Below, piece by piece: positions 32,501-36,920 of a stretch of 36,920 nucleotides of DNA (position 1 is its first letter; each line of letters begins with the position of its first letter). The DNA lies in the NCBI GenBank assembly GCA_000708835.1, contig DF237704.1, forward strand, positions 1-36,920, written 5' to 3'. The notes under the pieces were generated by a model. It was not told the DNA's origin. It saw only the letters and a program-made list of their open reading frames with translations, and made no database searches. A program made the position numbers and the translations under genes. The DNA comes from Klebsormidium nitens (Eukaryota; Plantae; Klebsormidiophyceae).

Positions 32501-35319
32501 ATATCCGATAAGCAAGCTTGCTTGCTCTTGAGTCAATACTTCTTTGTCTCTGCCACAGAAGACTGGTTGATGAAAGCCGAGTGTTTCCAAGAGTCGAAAG
32601 AAGAACGAGCGAAATGCCCCTGCTTCTGAATGCGCCGCACTCTTACACGTTCCAGTCGTAAGCCTGCTTTAAAGGAATGCTGTCAGCACAGTCTTCCGTC
32701 TAAAGAAACGACCATTTTTTTTAACGTCACGATTATTAGCCTGGCTCAAGAGGCGCGTACTATTCCTCCCAGGACAATTGACTCAGCTCACCGGCCTGAC
32801 AATGGCCTAGCAGCCACGTGCGTCACTCGTTTCTATTGATCAAACAACCTGCGGTTCTACAATCGGCGGTTCATTACTGGAAAACGACTGTAAGAGTAGT
32901 ACAACCTGATTTCTTCGACGGAGCTTTCGACGCTGACCACCAGACGTGTCCGCCCGCAGGTTTTTGGACGTCCGGCTGGAGCGCCTGAGCCACGTGGAGC
33001 GCCGCCACCCATCCTTCATCCTCGCCGAACTGATCAAGCTCGTCCACCAGAACCGAGTCATCTGCGGCATCGTCAGTCATCCCCAAAACGCTCGACCCAA
33101 CGGAACGGGGGCATCGATCGCCCCCCAAAGCAGACCCCCAAGCGCGGAAGGGTTCCCAAATCACGCGAACGGCCAGCCTTTACCCACTGGCTTCGTGCCG
33201 AATCCCCCTCCGCGGGCGCAATTGCCAAAGGACCTGTTTCAGAACTTGGAGGGTTTTGAGCCGGCACCCCCCCCGATCGCAGCCCAGCCAAACCCCCCTC
33301 CAGTCACGATTCCTGCAATTCCGTCGGCGCCCCCCCCAGCCCCTTATAGTGGTTCTGAACCATCTTTGGTAAACAATAGCCCCATGCCACAGACCCCAGG
33401 ACAGAGTAGAGTGAACTCCTTCGAGGGGGGTGGTTTTAGCAGCGGAAGCAGCCCCCCCGAGGGATCGTACCTGCCCCCCCACAAGGCGGACAAGATCAGG
33501 GAGCCGTCGGCTGTGTTTGTGCCGGGCCCCAAGGAGGCCAATGGGGGAGCGCCACGTGTCGATCCGCAGGAGGCGCTCGCCCGGGTGGAAAGGAACGCGG
33601 GGTACGTTCCGCCACACATCCGCAAGGTCGCTGAGCAAGCGAAGGGCCCGGGCGCGCCCGCCCAGAAGACGCGGGACGGAGATATGTGCGGCAAGTGCAA
33701 CGTCAGGCTGGCGAACATGGTGCGTGGACGGTTATTTCTGCTTGTCTCGTTATTTGTAAGCCCGTTTGGAATGTAGACATGATTGCTATTGTTGCATTGG
33801 GGAGCACCCTTGTTCTAATCATTAGGAGGTTTATGCGCGTCATCTAGGACTCGTGGTTGCTGCTGTTGGTGCTTTCCGAGTTCTTTCACAGAGTCCTGCT
33901 GGTGAAGTCAGCGGAAAAAGTCTTGCGGAGTCGCTGTGGTGAAACTAGCGTAAAAGATAGAGATATCGGTCGGCCCTGCTTTGGCTCAAGCAGTGAAAGG
34001 ATAAGAATGATGACCTTCCAAAGGGTGATTTTTGAACCCCAATTCTTAAGCTGACTGGTGTGGAGTGCACGATCTGCGTCCATGTTGCAATCTATGCGCA
34101 TGCTAGGAATTAAGTCCCTATCGACATGTGTCTTCTAACGGGGCTGTTTCGTTCAGTCCTGTTTCATTCCGAGCGCTGTAGATTTTGGTGCAAGATCTTG
34201 CACCACTTGTACTCTGCGCGTATTTTATGCCTCTTCCCTAATCAAAATCGCTTGCTCCACAGCTCTTACCGGAAGCTACCCTCATCATTGGAAATGTCCT
34301 TGTCCCCATATCTCGCAGGTGCTGTTTGGTCTATCTGCCGAATTAGCGTGCCATCAGAGTACTGCAAAGCTTTGTCTTAGATGTCCTAGATCTAACTTGC
34401 GGGCGTCCTTTTCTGCAGGTACTTCTGGACTGCGCCCACCTATGCGCCTGCTCCAACTGCGCGCAATTCCTCAGGAACTGCCCCACCTGCAACGCTCCGG
34501 TTATGGGCGTCATCGAGGTCGAGCTCCCCCCTCCCAAAGGCCCTGTTTCCGAGGCCCCCGCACCGAGCACCCCCACGGAGAGGCCGCCCGTCACGCCAAC
34601 AGGGCCCCGGGAAGATTCCCCCGCCCCGGCTCCCAGCACCCCCTCCCCCAAAGCGGGCCAGCAGCCGAACCGAGCGCGCGCCCCGTATAACCCGCTGAAA
34701 CCCACACAACCTCCGCAGCCGGGATACGGGCAGGCGAGCGATGCTTCTGAGGCGCAGCCAACGCATCCTGCGCAGCAGAATGGATACGGGATGAGCGGTC
34801 TGGCGCAGCCAAACGGGCCGATCACATTTCCGGCACAGAACGGGTTCAGGCAAGGGGCGCCTGCGGGATCCGCTTTTGGGCAAGGTAAGACTGGGCACAC
34901 GGTTCCTTGGTACTTTATTCTGTTTGTCTTTGGTGGTTCGTGCGTCCTGTGCCTGTTTTTGTCAAGTGTTCCGCAGGAGCACTTCTCTTTTCAAACGAGA
35001 GGAGCTGGTTCTGCCCGACCATGCAAACCCGACGTACGGTCGCACCGAATCTTGAAGCCCTTGTCCCCAATAGGCACTTGCTTTTGGGATCATGTGCTCC
35101 CTACTCCACTTCAATCTTCAACGGCTTCTTCTTACCCTTTCGCTGTCTTGTGCAGCAGGTCCATCGCAAGCGGCACCAGTGTACCCCCCACCACCCATGG
35201 CCGCTCCCTTTCCCGGCAGACCACAAGTGCCAGGTGGCATGCCTGCAGCACTGCCAGCTGGCGTGCGGCGCCCTGCGCCATATCGCCCTCCCCTAGCTTA
35301 TCGGCCTCCCGGAGTGTAA
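26565..35319 (+). CDS. RING finger + divergent Pumilio/PUF-like repeats + Pro-rich region + second RING finger protein, 12 exons, ~934 aa
   Basis: Phase-consistent exons: 26565-26756, 27685-27990, 28587-28695, 29007-29176, 29693-29755, 30265-30447, 30982-31124, 31485-31612, 32182-32305, 32960-33719, 34419-34884, 35159-35319 (2805 nt). RING1: CNICCVEPSDVYFVPCCHQSCAQC...|...CPFC. PUF-like: LAAH|PFANYVVQRLL, GHM|VTLALDPHAYWVIERL, SRYPNRALQGLL. RING2: CGKCNVRLANM|VLLDCAHLCACSNC...CPTC. Confidence 0.8.
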
Positions 35320-35507
35320 GCGGCAGTACGGGGGCCGTAAAGATCGTTGGGCTGGGACTGGAAGCCGCTACGAACAAGATCCCGAAAAGAGCAGCATCCG
35401 ACTTAGGAACACGTGTCGGCGCCAAGGTGGTTGTGGGGGTCTGCCGGCATTTGTGTACAGGAAGCAACGGGAGTGCGGATTGGAAGAGACACTGGGTTTT
35501 TTGTGTC

Positions 35508-35615
35508 GAGAAAGCGTAATCGGGCGGAAAATTTTGTGAAAGTAGGGGGTTTTATCTGGCCGAGAAGCGTAATCGGGCGAAAAACTTTGTGAAAGGTAGG
35601 GGTTTTATCTGGCCG
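35508..35615 (+). repeat. Two imperfect ~54-bp tandem copies downstream of the RING-PUF stop codon
   Basis: GAGAA(A)GCGTAATCGGGCG...TTTGTGAAAG...GGGGTTTTATCTGGCCG occurs twice. Confidence 0.8.
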
Positions 35616-36920
35616 GCAAGGGAGAGGTGTGGACACTGCAGATCGTCAAGCTGTCCCGTTGCTCATAGTTCTCTTTCCAGACGTCTCGTCTGTCACCTGA
35701 CACTTCTGGCTCTTGTTGCTGATCAAGCGCTTGATGCACGGGTTTTGATAAACCGGCGGCTTCTGTATGAGAAAGTGCTGGTGTAGCTTCATTGTCTTTG
35801 ACTATTGGAATGGGTAATGGTTACAGTGGTTGTAAGCATGACCACCTTCTCAGGCATTCTTGTCAGTGACTAGTATCTATAAACACACTTTGGGATATCA
35901 TTCTCATCGATCACATGGAAGAGTTGTTGCCAGGCTGAGTTGGACTGATCTAGCTTACACCATGACGCTCAGGTTTGGTAAGGTAGCGAGGCGTTAGGAA
36001 ATCAAACCGACATGGATCCATATAGATGCCATGGAAAGCCTATGCATTATGTGGCTGCGGCGTCTAAAAAGTCGGAGAGCATAGCTACGTACAGATAGGC
36101 TGCATTGTCTCTCCTTGCAAGATACTTCGCACATGGCTGCAAGGTTGATTTGTAGGTCACAAGCAAACATTAGTACGAAACATGCTATTGCAGCGTTGTA
36201 GTGTGCTTTGAGAGATCGAGCTAGATAGCGGTCTCAACCATTGACCGGTGAATTGCTTTTCGAACATGCCACGCCGTTTCATAGCTAGACGAGGTTGTAG
36301 GCGTGGCATGCATATACATTTGCGTCTGCATGTTTGTTTCCTTCCACAGCCGCCACTACCCAGCCAGTGCAACGTTGTTCGAAATCAATCCAGGATCTCG
36401 AACTCAAGTTCCGCTATGATTTCGAGTGAAAAAGATCAAAGGTTGCCAGTGAGGGCCGTTGATCAAGCATGATGCATCAATCATTCATGCTTTTGGTTTG
36501 CATCGCATTGAGGACGTTATGCACAGATTCACGTGTGTTCGCGACGTATTAGTTGTAACTGTACATGTGGCACATATGGTTTCTTTACTAGTAGCCGCAG
36601 GGTTTCCCATCCCGGCCGGCCCCCTGCCGGCACCCCCTCGGTCGTACCGGCTGGCTGGCCGGCTGCGCCGGCCGGCCACCTTTGCCCATGATGCAAGCCT
36701 GGCGTTAATGGGTGACGGCCGGAGCTCCCGGGGGACCCCCCCGCGCGGGCTGGGCCCTTTTTGTGACGATTACGTCTGGTTAAGCCTAACCTCGTTCTCG
36801 TCAGGATTTCGTTAGCTGCTTGTTAGCGAAACGACAGCGGTTACGTCTTAACGGCGCGCTGTGAGACCGTTGATGTACGGCGTTCTATCCAGATGACTCG
36901 ACCTGGTCTTGTCTATCTGT

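Noticed and set aside
33073-34900. Antisense and alternate-frame ORFs of 100-185 aa over the Pro-rich exons
   Set aside because: These are shadows of GC-rich coding sequence with no independent motifs.

Overview
Eukaryotic, intron-rich DNA with GT-AG introns, plant-type proteins and two N gaps. It is probably from a streptophyte green alga such as Klebsormidium (inference from gene content and splice style, not proven). From left to right: a possible gene fragment; a degenerate ~51-bp minisatellite; a 5'-truncated DIRS/PAT-type tyrosine-recombinase retrotransposon with a methyltransferase domain on + and the recombinase on - (kangaroo-like layout) and a terminal direct repeat. Four spliced genes were then assembled by hand with consistent intron phases. 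(1) A 14-exon FUSC/ALMT-related membrane protein (-, ~1055 aa). (2) A Dabb (stress-responsive A/B barrel) gene (+) with one leader exon and two complete alternative terminal exons. (3) An EI24 homolog (-, ~438 aa) with a CACTG-ended MITE in intron 5. (4) Head-to-head with EI24, a 12-exon ~934-aa protein with RING, divergent Pumilio (PUF)-like repeats, a Pro-rich region with YxPPH motifs, and a second RING. Gene 4 is the best candidate for an undescribed system: an RNA-binding E3 ligase. Exon models come from sequence only, with no transcript or database support.
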